A DNA stretch of 64,000 bases from Octopus bimaculoides (Eukaryota). A program made the position numbers and the translations under genes. The stretch is taken from assembly GCF_001194135.2 (NCBI RefSeq), contig NC_068984.1, forward strand, positions 135,349,388-135,413,387, given 5' to 3'. Of this stretch, positions 51,230 to 64,000 are shown piece after piece. Position 1 is the first letter of the stretch; every line of letters starts with the position of its first letter. A model generated the notes under the pieces. It ran no database searches. It was given only the letters and a program-made list of their open reading frames with translations, and was not told the origin of the DNA.

Positions 51230-52650
51230 CATTTACATATATATTTATATACATTTATACATGTCTATATGAGTTAGAGGTTAAGCACCCATACAAGGGA
51301 TAGTGAATATCCAATATACTACTGGATGTATATCTACGTATTTATATCCAAGTGCTTACTATTGCAGGGCAATATCGCATTTGAACAGACATTTACCCAG
51401 TATTTATAAGGCAAATAAGAAAATGGATAGGATAAACAATCGACAAACATCAGCTTGTAAGCATTCTGTTATACATATTTATTAATTGATTACTGTCATA
51501 TGTATGAGTGACCCAAATAAACGAATAAAATAAGCAAATAAATAAATATAGAGATACATAAAATAAACAAATAAGGATAAATGAGTGAACAAATACTACA
51601 CTATTACACCTGTTTCTTCCAACTGTTCCACATCACGCCAGTGATTTACTAGGATTTTACAAAGGTTGAACAAACATTGGACAGAGGTTGTACAATGGCT
51701 GAGCCCCAAGGCTTCATCAGAGAGACCAAATGTTAGTAAACGAATATCTGGGGAAGTAAGGTAAAGTAATAAAGTAGAATAAAAATAGCAAAATAGAAAT
51801 TGTAAGGAATGGTAAGAACGTCAATTCAAGGTGATATCGTAATCCATGGGATTAAATCTTATGGTAAAGTAAATCACACCCAGGAGTAATTTCCATAGGC
51901 TATGAGAGTTACATGTTTCAATTATAAATATAATTATATCATTAAATGAATATATTCCTTATCAGGACTTTTGCCCAGATGATAATGCTTTGTCAAGATG
52001 GTTATGATTCCTTATGTAGAACAGTTTTCATGTCCTCATAAACGCATTTCTGCTTCTCTTCTTCTCTCTATGTGTTCTTTATTCTCTTTCCTCTTTTTTT
52101 TTCTCTCACCTTGTCTGGGGTTCCGGCTATTTCCATCTGTCTATATTTCTAGGACATATTTCTACTTGTCTTTTTAACTTCTTTTCAGAAGAGATCTTCA
52201 AATACATAACGTGATACATATACATAGATAAAATCTTCTTCCACTTCTGGGGAGGACTTCTATCTCATCAAACCCCTGAATTCATTTCTACATACTTTTA
52301 TGCTTTTTCCTTTGGTAATGATTCTTTCTGTATACATAAAAATACAAATGTTTTCCCAAATAAAATTGCACTTCGTGTTTGAAGCTTCGATAAAGTCATG
52401 AGGTGTTACACAAACATTCAAATATGATTGCAAAACAGCTTACAGAAGAAACGCCTGTATTGACGGAATTTATTATCCTTTTGTCATTTTAATTCTTATT
52501 ATTTATATAACATACATATGTAAATATATGTGTATATGTATGTATAAATATATATGTATGAATCTCCTTCTCTCTCTCTCCCCCTGTCTTCTGTGTTTAT
52601 ATATACTCACATGCATATGTATATATATGTATTCATGTATATATAAATAC

Positions 52651-52714
<64 letters not shown>

Positions 52715-52889
52715 GTATANNNNNNNNNNNNNNNNNNNNNNNNNNNNNNNNNNNNNNNNNNNNNNNNNNNNNNNNNNNNNNNNNNNNNNNNNNNNNNNNN
52801 NNNNNNNNNNNNNNNNNNNNNNNNNNNNNNNNNNNNNNNNNNNNNNNNNNNNNNNNNNNNNNNNNNNNNNNNNNNNNNNNNNNNNNNNN

Positions 52890-52927
<38 letters not shown>

Positions 52928-53906
52928 TTTATATATATATGTATATATGCATGTATGTGTGTGTGTAACATGGGCTATAGTGACTCTTTATGATAGTTGG
53001 ACTTTAGACCGGACAGTTTTATTAACAATGCCGTTTCAGCTATGGCACTTCTTCCGTATTCCCTGTGCAGTGCAAATAAAATTCTACTTTTTTTCATTAC
53101 TTAGACAATCAAAATTAATTTATTGAATTTCTGACTGTTACTTCTAGCGGTTAGGAATAGTTATAGGTTTTCTCCTTACTGATGGTGATAGTCACAGTAG
53201 GCTCCATAGTGTCCTTTTTACGTCTTCCATTTTCTAAGGATACAATATATTAGAGATTGTTTTATCAGTGATGTTGAATCATCAAACTTATGGATTGGAA
53301 TGGTGAAAATATTACATATTCATGAAAAGGTTGAAATGAAAAGAATAAGATTGTCACTTGTAATTTTGTGGGTATAGTTATTGGTTTCATGCTGTGTTAT
53401 GTGTGATGTTTTGATAGTATTTGCATTTTTGTCAGTCGAAGTAATGGTGGTGGTTGTATGTACCCGTGTGTATATTCGCATGTATGTGTATGTTTACTGG
53501 TATTAGAAGTATTGGTGAGGAAACGCAACGAAGTAAAGAATTAATAAGATGTTATTACTTTTGCCATATCAAAACAGAAAAAATTGTAATAAAAACAAAA
53601 ATAAATAAAATACATAATAAAAATATTACTACCATTATCTTTTATTCATTTCTCTTTTGCATTTTTCATGTTGCGTCCCGTAGAAATCCCGAGGTGATAT
53701 TGATATTAATCTGAATAAATACATATAAAGTTAACCGAAGTTAGCCTAACGGGCATATCACAGTGTGAAAGACAACGAATTGAAAGAACGTCAGATTCTG
53801 GTTTCTGTAATAATATATATGAAAGCAGATTTTTAGCTAAAAACCTTGTGACAATTCGCTAAAGAACTAACGTCTCCTCCTGTTTGCATGTCTTTACCTG
53901 TGTGTT

Positions 53907-53995
<89 letters not shown>

Positions 53996-54117
53996 NNNNN
54001 NNNNNNNNNNNNNNNNNNNNNNNNNNNNNNNNNNNNNNNNNNNNNNNNNNNNNNNNNNNNNNNNNNNNNNNNNNNNNNNTATATATGTATGTATGTATGT
54101 ATGTACGTACGTATGTA

Positions 54118-54164
<47 letters not shown>

Positions 54165-54589
54165 GTATCTATCCATCCATCTATCTATGCTATTGTACAT
54201 AAGATTTCATGTCATTAACTGTTTCCATAACAACCATGCTAAAATACTAAATGTGTTAATTTAGAATACATACGCACCGATGAATTCGTATATAGCTGCT
54301 TGTATTTGTGTGCTCAAGTATACACTGACAACTGTAAATGTACCGTGCGCGTAAATATACATTCTAGGCCCCATTGACTAAGTGTCTTTGTGAATATCTT
54401 GGTTGCCTTTTGAGTTGTACAAACCTTACAAATACGAGTGTGTGTGCGTGCGTGCGTGTGTGTATGTGTATGTTTTTTTGCTTATATGTGCGATATGTAT
54501 TAGCTAATATGAATTACCACAAGGAAGTTACATATTTCTAACGCTACATATTCCGCTTTACTCGTAACATTATTACTGCTAAAAATCGT

Positions 54590-54770
54590 ATTATTGGTTC
54601 AAATTTTGGCACAACAAATTTCGAGGAAGGGGCGAGTCAATTACGTTGACCCCAATGCTCAACTGATAATATTTTATCGACTGATATTATTTCATCGACT
54701 CCCAAATCATGAAAAGCAAAGTCGATTTCGTGGCTCAAAGACGAAATGCCGCCAAGCTGGCCACCAGAGG
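54590..54770 (-). mobile_element. Degenerate Nin/Deu SINE
   Basis: TTTTGGCACAAC...GTCAATTACGTTGACCCCA...TTCATCGACTCCCAAATCATGAAAAGCAAAGTCGA. Confidence 0.65.
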
Positions 54771-56491
54771 AATTACATATTTTAAAAGGGATATATTAAT
54801 GTGATATCGTCTAGCATTGACTTATGTCTTTATTTGAATAAGGACATGCTCACTTGTTGACTTTGTATTCAACCCGTATTGTTACGTGACCCAGTTTCAT
54901 GCTACAGTGATCATAGAAAGCAATACAGGTCACACATCTTTCGTGTTCCCTACATAAACGAACATATTCAGTTCAGTAAAACATAACAAATGCATAACGT
55001 GAAGTCTGAAATCAGGTTAAGGCTTTCCAAATATTGCATTCACGAGCTATTTCTGAATTTTGCAATAGTTATAGCCAAAAGCCATTTTGAAGCTTACAGA
55101 CGTTTATAGTTGCATTGAAACAGTCGAATCGTCACTTCGAGCGGAACTTTTTAGATAGTATCAATACTTTTCTTGCGCTTAGGTGAAGGAATACTGAAGT
55201 CGGCTTAGCATTTATGCTAGTTCCCGTAAAAAGCATGGCAATCTTTGTTGTTTTTCTTCACGAAGAATTGTGATTTACAAAAATCACATTATGAATACTG
55301 ATATACGAAATTTTATATTTATCCACATAACCCTAAACTTTCAACCACATAAATATCTCTTTATATACAACCTAGGAATGTTTTTTAAATAGGATTTTGA
55401 GTTTTAGATTTTTTATAATATCAACGACCAGTATCTGAACACTTAAATCTTATAATTCTACGGAGTGCGATTTCGAAAATAAGATATAAACACTTGTATA
55501 CAGATATAGATAAATGGAAATGCTTCTCTACTTAACCATTCACGAAGTTTATTTCTTACAAATCTCTCTGTTACTTTGATCACACTGTAATGATTATTAC
55601 CTCAATATTTAACGGTATGAAACTATGCATTGAATGTCGTTAACAAAGAGTAGACACAACTAATTATTTCTGTAATGTTTTCCGTCGAAGGAACAGATCT
55701 ATAGTGAAGAGCATCATACCACATATGAATAGACCCGAGGGAAAATATATATCAGAAGGACGTCCTGCATAACAAATATATGTAGAATAGTCTAGCATAT
55801 GTAATGCAGACAGTTGAAAAGCTTCCATTAACTGAAATAATCAAAAATACAATCAACAGACATATTCCACCTTAAGGGGTGGCGACTAAAATCTAAAAAC
55901 GAAAAGCAAAATAAAGATCATTCCAATTATATCGGCAACGCAAAATGTTTGGAAAGTAAAAATAATGGAGAAATGTGCGTATCGTGCCTTCAAGGTAACT
56001 AGCAAAACAGGTACATGTTTCAAAATTATTAAATCTCCTCAGAGGTGGTTATTTACCTTAGTGGAAAATATATAGAAATAATCAGCAAGCAAGAAAACTG
56101 AGATGCTAATGATGAATGTCAATAATAGGTCTAACAGGAAATACATTATGGCTGTTGTTTTTATTTTTTGTTAATATAATAGCCTTAGTATCTGACATGC
56201 AATGTAGTAACTAAAATTAAAAATTCAATCCTATATTCAGTTAATATTTAACTGCAATATATGCAGACTTGTGTGGACGATCATCGAAATCCTATATGGA
56301 AGAAATATTAGAATATCACTTTTAACTTTTATAGATTTACTGACGCTTGTGTTCTTAAATTCAGTGATATAAATTCTTAAGAATATCCCGCCTCTGAAAA
56401 TACATGAATATAATGCGACCAACATCGTCAAAAGTTGTTAGTTTTGTGCATTAGTAAATTCACATGACTAATTCAAATGTTATACAAGTTC

Positions 56492-57330
56492 TGTTATATC
56501 TCTAGCCCGTGACAGACCATGAAATGTTTCTCAGTTGTCTTGCATCAGTGTTGGTGTTGTGGTGAGAGTACGACACCCTCTGACGACAATAGACGAGACC
56601 ACCAAATATAAATTGTAGTGGTCTAACGTAGTCGAGAGTTCGTAGTTTGGTCTTAGAAATTCAGGTACAGTTCAGGTACAGTTTACATTTCGAGTTAGTG
56701 CTGGAAATTTTGATTTTTTGTCCGTAAAAGAATGTTAGTTCGTTGCGTGTTTGTTACTGACGCTGTTTCTATTTTGTCTGTTATAACACTGTTACAGTGT
56801 ATTCTTTATATATCATCGATAATTTCAATCGTACTATGATATTGGAGGCGTAACAATATAACATCGGGCGACGAGGATTTCTCGAATCTCACGTCGGTTA
56901 TATGAAAATTTGTGCGTCATACACATTGTTAAATAAAAGAAAACCTATTAGCTGCAGCAATACAGCTTCAAGAGAAGCAACAAGAACAACTACAAGATTT
57001 TCAGACGCAGATGTTACAACAACAGTTAACTGAGTTACAGTGAAGAAAGTCAGAAAATTAGGTAAGTTCATGTACGCCAGACGGTGTGGCGGACACAATT
57101 TCTGAATTCATTTATAATCCGGAGGAGGGTATTACGTTTCCTATGTACTAAACGAGGTATGACGAAATTTTTAACAAAATTGCATGTTATATTCGGATGA
57201 GGAGGCTAGTAATACGCAAGGTAGCTCCCGTCGAGCATGAACGCTACTGTGACATTATCTTGCCCCAAAATTCGAGTGAGATTTGTTTCCAAGAAACAAT
57301 TGAATTACTCTCATTTGTCTTTCTGGGTGT
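56492..57330 (+). mobile_element. Gypsy (Ty3, Mag/K02A2.6-like) LTR retrotransposon 5' fragment: LTR 56492-56863, PBS 56866-56878, degenerate gag
   Basis: LTR bounded by TGTTATAT...ATATAACA; PBS-like GGGCGACGAGGAT. Gag-like frame QEKQQEQLQDFQTQMLQQQ...DTISEFIYNPEEGITF...RYDEIF...EHERYCDIILP...FQETIELLS with stops. No pol or 3' LTR seen. Confidence 0.85.
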
Positions 57331-59848
57331 AGTTTAAAGAGGATTCTCCTTCGGAAAACCTTTTCAACTGTGAGTACACATTTACTCATATTGTCCTTAA
57401 TTCAATTTGCAAGACAGCAGCATCTTCTGTTTGCGTATTGTCCCAAATCCTTTGACCTTCCCCATGCAAGCGAGTAGTCACTGTTACGCGTAGTTAATGG
57501 TTACGGACAAATCCATAATCTTACACTGAATCGCATGATGTTGTAATAGAGTTTAATCTGCAACCCTTGGAAACGCTATTATTCCGAAACAGAACAATCA
57601 CGGTAACACGGTGTTACTTAAGCGATGATTCTATTATTGTCGATATCAAGGGTTTCGCAACCTTAGACACCAGCAACTGATACAGTTTAAGGTTATATAT
57701 AGCAACTTGCTTTGAAGACCATCTTCGTTTGCTTCCTTTTAATATTTTACAGTTGCCTTGATTAACTCAAGTCGCAGTATAATGGTAATTGTTTAAACCA
57801 AATATCAATGCGCGTAAACAACGGTATCAGAAAGCAACGAACGACATTTCCACTGCGCGAAAATGCCAGCATAGGTCATGGTTGGTTTTCAAATAAGTCT
57901 TATTGATTATTCATAGGTTATATAAAGTTGAAGGGCCTTATTTTGCACCAACGCTATTTTCATTCTTTCATTGATCCAGAAGAGAATGCTCTTTGACTTA
58001 ATTATATTTCTATCACTCTTTACTAGATGTTTCACGTATTGACTTCTTGTACATGATAAAATTGAGAACTTCCTTATTATTCCTTATTATGTCTTAAAAT
58101 AGGATTTATTCTAAATCTTTCTAAACACAGCCCGACAGACAGTTTTCAGTTAACTTCGACCACTGCATCCGGTCCTATGAGACGTGAATTGCAATCGATG
58201 TGTCAGTTTGCATAACATCAGAAACGATTAAGATTTACTTTTAACACAGCTAAAATGGCTAGAATCGATTAGACGTTATAAGTATTCTTCGCGAAACAGA
58301 TTTCCCCATTGCTGCGTGCATGATAGACTGAAGTAAGACAGGATATCACAAGTGATTGAATCAGTTTAAAATACAAATACATTCCAATGGTGCGTCGTTG
58401 TCTTGATCAAGATAAATCTTTATCAAAATCATTAACACATCTTTCGTGAAATAGATGTGGTGTTATTACAAACCAAATTAATACTAAGTATGTTAGCTAA
58501 TATTACTTATTATTAATGATCAACGTGTTATGACTAGACGGCGAAATAATTTATATATTCAATGAAAATTGCAATATAAACCAGATAAATGTGTTTGTTG
58601 TAACTTGAATCAATAAACTTCCAGAAGTAGCAATGCTATTTTTATTTTAGATATAGTGAATCTAGCGCCATCCATTCTACACTGTTCTTTTTAAAAGACT
58701 TACACTGAGTCGAAGGAATTTCGGGCACTTTTATGGTAGGCCCAATAAACAATTTTGTCACTGGATCTCAGCTTAATTAATTAAAATCAAAAGCATACCA
58801 AGATTATATTTTAATAAAAGATTAAATATTCAAAATGACGCATTTTTAGATATTTTCTCTCTCTGAAAGACAGGTTAACAGACCATTTTCCAGTCAGTTG
58901 ATATTGCATGTATTCTTGCATTCACTGATGCTGCTGGCCAATAGCATTATCGTAGAACTAAAGGAAAATTCTTAGACGTCTTGACTAATAAGATCAGACA
59001 ATTTGGAATGATGTCTGATAACTTTGCATAATTTTAGGAAATATATTCGGCCAAATTTAGGAGAGAGATAAATGGAAACAGAAGTAGAGAATAAGAGCAA
59101 GAATGAGCAATGAGATAGCTAGCTCGAGAAGACAAGTGTAGAGCAGGCCTATAGATTTTTGTTGTTCATAGCAAATGTTAAATTGTTCCACCCTTCAAGG
59201 GATTTAGTCTGAGCCATTTTTCTGCGAGGAAAGGCAAAATAACTTTAGAGTCCAAATGGCATTAATCTTGAATTGCATTAAAGTAAAATATGATACACTA
59301 TATTCGCACATATCAATTAATAAGATAAATGGACTTCATATAAATGAAAAAGTTATGCTGCAGCTAGGAAGGCAGGCGTTTATTTTATTTGATAGTGAAT
59401 ATGTTAAAACAATCGTCAATATATTTCTTTCCTGTATAGAAATACGAAAATAATATATACTGAAACTATTAAATTTCTATTGGAATCTTGCATTGTCTCC
59501 ACTTTGATGTATTCCCTTAAAAACACGGTGTACCAAAGTAAGAGATAAGCTTAAATGTACGCACAGTGATGGAAACCAAATAGATTAATTTCAAATATTC
59601 GTCAATGTATGACTTGCCTTTTTCATGATTATAATTTAAAAGTATGATGAAGAACATTTGGAATCCTGACAACTATGGTACTTGACATAATATTAAGGAA
59701 GATCTAACGTCAAACCTCCATTCCATTGGAATTTAGATGAGAATATCCATGTTTGTGATAAACCTTGAGAGTAAGGCATAAGAAACTCCTGCACATCCTT
59801 TGCAAATAACTGATTTCAAAATGATTACGTTTTTCATCTCTTTGGCAG

Positions 59849-59854
59849 GCGAAG
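59849..59854 (+). other. Candidate 6-nt microexon GCGAAG
   Basis: tacgtttttcatctctttggcag|GCGAAG|gtaatt. Confidence 0.25.
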
Positions 59855-61059
59855 GTAATTATTTGCACCTAAAACCGAAACATTTTTGTATATTTATAAA
59901 GTGTTACAAATTTGCATTTGGTTTACGTTCATAGAACATGATGTATCTTTCATCTTCAAGTTATTTATGAAGTAGTTCTTATGATAATGCTATTTTGTAT
60001 CAGAAACTTGGCTCCGAATCAATCTCATTACTTTAATTAAAATTTTTCCGTCAAATCAAATTTAAAACTGCAGATATTCAGATAGTATGAAAGTGTTTCC
60101 AATCTCCATAATTTGAAAAATAAAGAGCAGCTGCTGACAACTTAAATGTTTAGTTGTTTGTTAGATGGATTTGTGTAAAATCAGAAAGCTCACAATAAAT
60201 GCATTCACAAGTCGAAAGTGTTTAAAATAGCTATCATGAAAATAGTTATTTATAATCGGAATAAAAATTGTTTTTGAAAAAGATCAATAAGACGAAAACC
60301 TGTAGAGTTGTCATTGTTATATGAATTTATAGGAACGTGGAGGATGATAATGAAAAATTAGATTAACTCCTAATAATTGTAGTCGTGATAATCTTTATAT
60401 GAGTAATTGATTCATACATTTGATTATACGCTATATTTGATGTGATAAATAACTGAGGTCTTTGTATCACAGACTGAAAAAATTCAATCCTTGAATATCA
60501 GGTATACACAAAAAAGGTACTAACCATATAAAGACCCCATATACCTAACCATCTGAAAGATTGGTAAAATAAAAAGCTGTACCATTTCGCAAAACAATTA
60601 AAAAAAAACATTTACAAACTGACACGAAATCGTAACTTAAATTTAAAAATATAAATACATTTAAAGGCGCGTTCATGATATGCATTAATGAATGTCTTTG
60701 AATTTGAATTTTGTCTGTTATGATAACAGAAACTACCGTCTTAAATGCCGGTGTAATGTATTTATTTATTTAAAGTAGCGAATGTCCATGCAGCGTATAG
60801 TCACTAAATGCATCTCAGTAATTTTATTTTCAACTTTTATTTGTTTTAGACATTAGACTGCGGCGAAGCTTGGGCATCATCTTGAAACTTTTTGGCTGAA
60901 GAAATGGACCGCAGAAATTTTGACGTAAATACTCTCTATAAATCTCTACTCGCAATGACCACATGGCGAAAGGCGTTACAATCAGAAATATATCTTGCAA
61001 TGTACTCCTCAAATCACAAAACTCTGTACGGATTTGGATGTTTAGGTAAAACTAATGTT

Positions 61060-61380
61060 TATGAGTATTTTACTCATAATCCTAACCCTAAAACCCTAAC
61101 CCTAACCCTAACTCTAAAACCCGAACCCTAATGCTAAAACCAGTAATTATTTTCACCTCAATAGACGTCAGTGATTGGTTGAAATTACCGAAATACGACA
61201 AATTTAACGCGAAATAACTTTAAAAAGATGACATTTTCTCTATAACACTAAGATTAAAAGATGTTTTATATGACACATTCTCCCAGTGTCCCAAGTTCGA
61301 AAGTGTTTCGTTAAGAAAACAAGTGACGCGGCCAAATCAGAAAGATCGAAGTCATATTGAAATATATGCGTATTGAAGTA
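61060..61380. mobile_element. Non-autonomous interspersed element carrying degenerate (CCCTAA)n
   Basis: Hairpin ATGAGTA-ttt-TACTCAT, then CCTAACCCTAAAACCCTAACCCTAACCCTAA (~61079-61140), then non-coding sequence ending ...GCGGCCAAATCAGAAAGATCG. The attribution to a TE is from recollection of similar repeats and is unverified. Confidence 0.5.
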
Positions 61381-62917
61381 ATAGTTCATCATTGGTGTAA
61401 ATGAAATATGACAGGTGTCTCACTTATTTTGGTTTTGATGAAATATATCTTTTATCAGGGGTTTCAATGCCGTCCAGTTTTTTATTTAATAGTGTTTCTG
61501 AGCGTAGATTAAAAAGCATAGATTTTGAGGTTCAAATGTAAGCTTATATAATTACTAATTTTCTTTTCAACCCGAGATAAATTGATATAACTAACCTGGG
61601 TCTATTTTGTATTTATTCTCTATAACTGTTTCCTAAATTTATGCACGAGTAGGTTTCTTTTATTAGCTGCAACTACTTTAATAATTTCAGTTTCTGGAAT
61701 ATTAGATAACGAAATCACGTGAATGCAAATTCGTTATCCAGAAATAAATATTTTATTATTTATGATATATAATGTGGATTTAGCATGTCTATTTATTTTC
61801 ATAAATGACTCAATCATAAAATCATATATCGTTCTCTTTTAGTTTTACACTGGCGAAAATAGAAAAAAAATATAGTACTATACATTGCAAAATGTTTGAC
61901 GTTGAAGCGGTTTATTGTAGGTTTATGAATACAAGGCCGAAAAGTATCTTTATGTATTTAAAACACAGAAAAGTCGGGTAAAACCAACATTTTGTTGCAT
62001 ATAATCCGATAGTCTTCCGTTTCTGCCATTCCACTACTTTATATTTTTTAATAAAATGAAGACTCTCACAGTTACAGTGTCACACACTTTGGCGCAGGAC
62101 ATAGTTAATGTGGTCAAAATCAATTAATTTCTTATGTCTTATTTTATAGATACAGGAGAGACGGAAGGCTAAGCCGATTCCGACCGGATTTAAATTCAAA
62201 ACCTAATGTGCAATATTAAGAAATACAAGTCGTACATTCTGTCACAGTTTAAGTTTAATAAAAATTCGCCAATGAACTATACGATACGAAATAAACTCAC
62301 ACATTGTACAGCCACATATACATACCTTGTAGGTAATGTGTTAATAAATGAAATCATTGAGTGAATGTACAAATCATTATGATTGGTCAGAGTGTAATAT
62401 GCCAGTGTCACTTCCAAGTGAAATATTTATACTTCATTACTAATATGACTTCTTTCCTCACTACCAAATTAATTATTAATGATACTGGAGATATTCAGTT
62501 ATTTGGCTAAAGTTATGATTGTTTTATTTAAACGGATGACTTTCGTGTTCATTGATATCAGAATAACTCTTTCACAAACCCATTCATTCATTTAATTTAA
62601 GAGAGATACATTTTCCTAATTATTCATCAGGTTCAATACGGTAACTGTTCGAAATATATGACGTTTTTATTCACATTCGGTTCAAATTTTGTTATATGAT
62701 TTCATATGTTCTGATATCTTTAAATGATATATGTTGCAGATTGATTCTTTTTATTTATGCCTACTTCTAATTAAAATTATGTCAAAACTGTATGAACGAA
62801 TACCACAACTTTTATCGCTTCTTGTCAAGCTGAACGCTGCATTTTTATTACACTTGATCACATGAAGATTACTGGAAACCTTACATAAGTAGAAGATTTC
62901 TTTACAATACTGAGCGA

Positions 62918-62984
62918 CTCTACATATATTCATAATGGTCTCTACATATATTGATAATGCAACATATATTAATAATGGTCTCTC
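62918..62984. repeat. ~22-bp tandem repeat, about 3 units
   Basis: CTCTACATATATTCATAATGGT / CTCTACATATATTGATAATG / CAACATATATTAATAATGGTCTCT. Confidence 0.8.
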
Positions 62985-63269
62985 AGGGCAAAAAGAAGTC
63001 ATATGAAACGGCGGTTGTGAGTTATTATAATCTCAACATGTTTTGCAAATACTTTCTGCTGTTATTTTAATTAAAATGTGGGTGTGAGTGGGTATTTGTG
63101 TGTATGCATCTATACTCACACACATATTCAAAACGCACTTTTACCTTGTCTCGCGCAACGGGGACGCATTTCATATGCGCACGAAATTATGCACAGGACT
63201 GACGTTCTGTCTCACGCTCTTTCTCTTCCTGTTTGTACATATATACTCACACACACATACATATATCTC

Positions 63270-63770
63270 AAGCAACAGTATCTGGACTGGTATGTTTACA
63301 TTTGACAAACGTTTTGATGGGAATATTCCACTAATATTCCTTGAGTTGGTGTTTATGAATGTAGTCCATAACAATGAGATGTTCTGTGTTCATTTCAGTA
63401 TAGTCCTTTTTGCGGATGGCATTGTAAATTGTTTTAGCAACAACATCGTGCCGCATAGGAAAGTAGTACTGTGAAATTTTAGGACAACTGCTAATCACAT
63501 GCATGATGTCTTCTGCAGAAACATGACATAGCCTACATATGCAGTTGCACCTTGGGATTATAAGAGCGTCACTGTCTCTCTTGTTCTCCAGTTTTTTTGT
63601 GGCCATCTCCTATTCCAGGATTGCAATCGCATAGCCTTCAATGTATCATAAGATGTAGTAGTCATGTGTCCAAGAGAACCTGATCTTTGTGTCAATTTTA
63701 CTGTCTTCAATTCGTTTTTTTGGGGTATTCTGAGGGCTTTCCACCCAGGTATTCTCAGAAATAAGGGAGC
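63270..63770 (-). mobile_element. R4/Dong-clade fragment: CCHC zinc knuckle and start of the restriction-like endonuclease
   Basis: IEGYAIAILE*EMATKKL...CRLCHVSAEDIMHVISSCP...RHDVVAKTIY...EY*WNIPIKT..KCKHTSPD, i.e. CxxC..H....C + RHD + PD motifs. Confidence 0.85.
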
Positions 63771-63784
63771 TCAGACACGCCCTA

Positions 63785-63840
63785 GAACCCGGGTAACCGG
63801 GCCCATGAGCCTGGCTAAGGCTTGAAAATGGGTGCAAGAA
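63785..63840 (+). mobile_element. SINE 3' tail (family of 440-682)
   Basis: AACCGGGCCCATGAGCCTGGCTAAGGCTTGAAAA versus AACCGGGCCCATGAGCCTGGCTAGTCTTTAAAA at ~650-680. Confidence 0.75.
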
Positions 63841-64000
63841 GAAGAAGTACACACACATGATGGCAGTTTCCTGAATTTGAAGACTGCATTCTGCTGGCCA
63901 AGATATGATGTTTTATTAATTGATAGTTTTATAATGAGCGTAGTAATTCCATAATCTGTAATTATAAAATTAGAATAATGTTAGTTATATCAGATGGATA

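Noticed and set aside
675-54264. ORF-track entries made of poly-I/H/D/V/YI/CV/TH/SL runs or X stretches
   Set aside because: They are translations of microsatellites and N-gaps, not genes.
61079-61140. True telomere or chromosome end
   Set aside because: Only ~60 bp, degenerate, with ordinary sequence on both sides.
1-64000. Protocadherin, C2H2 zinc-finger or Cys-loop chemotactile receptor cluster expected in octopus
   Set aside because: No long exon ORFs, cadherin motifs, zinc-finger linkers or Cys-loop signatures are visible. The N-gaps (several kb in total) could hide small exons.

Overview
AT-rich, repeat-dense animal genomic DNA with many N-gaps next to (AT)n/(CA)n microsatellites, typical of a short-read assembly. 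By inference from the SINE families and overall style, this is an octopus (coleoid cephalopod). I found no prokaryotic-type system, CRISPR array, rRNA or intact tRNA gene. Nearly all ORF-track entries are microsatellite, gap or TE artefacts. The recognisable content is mobile DNA: many tRNA-derived SINEs (mostly a Nin/Deu-domain family), four R4/Dong-clade non-LTR fragments, Tx1/L1 and RTE fragments, mariner and DD37D Tc1/mariner remnants, a Gypsy 5' LTR+PBS+gag fragment, a Penelope-like terminus with a hammerhead-like core, and an element carrying (CCCTAA)n. No host gene could be named. The window looks mostly intronic or intergenic, with a few candidate exons; the best is a 207-nt minus-strand exon at 7782-7988. 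The most unusual unexplained structures are two perfect 21-22 bp hairpins plus a 15-bp tandem array at 48.0-48.3 kb, a ~200-nt fold-back at 50.7-50.9 kb, and a candidate 6-nt microexon at 59849. All calls are by eye and boundaries are approximate unless stated.
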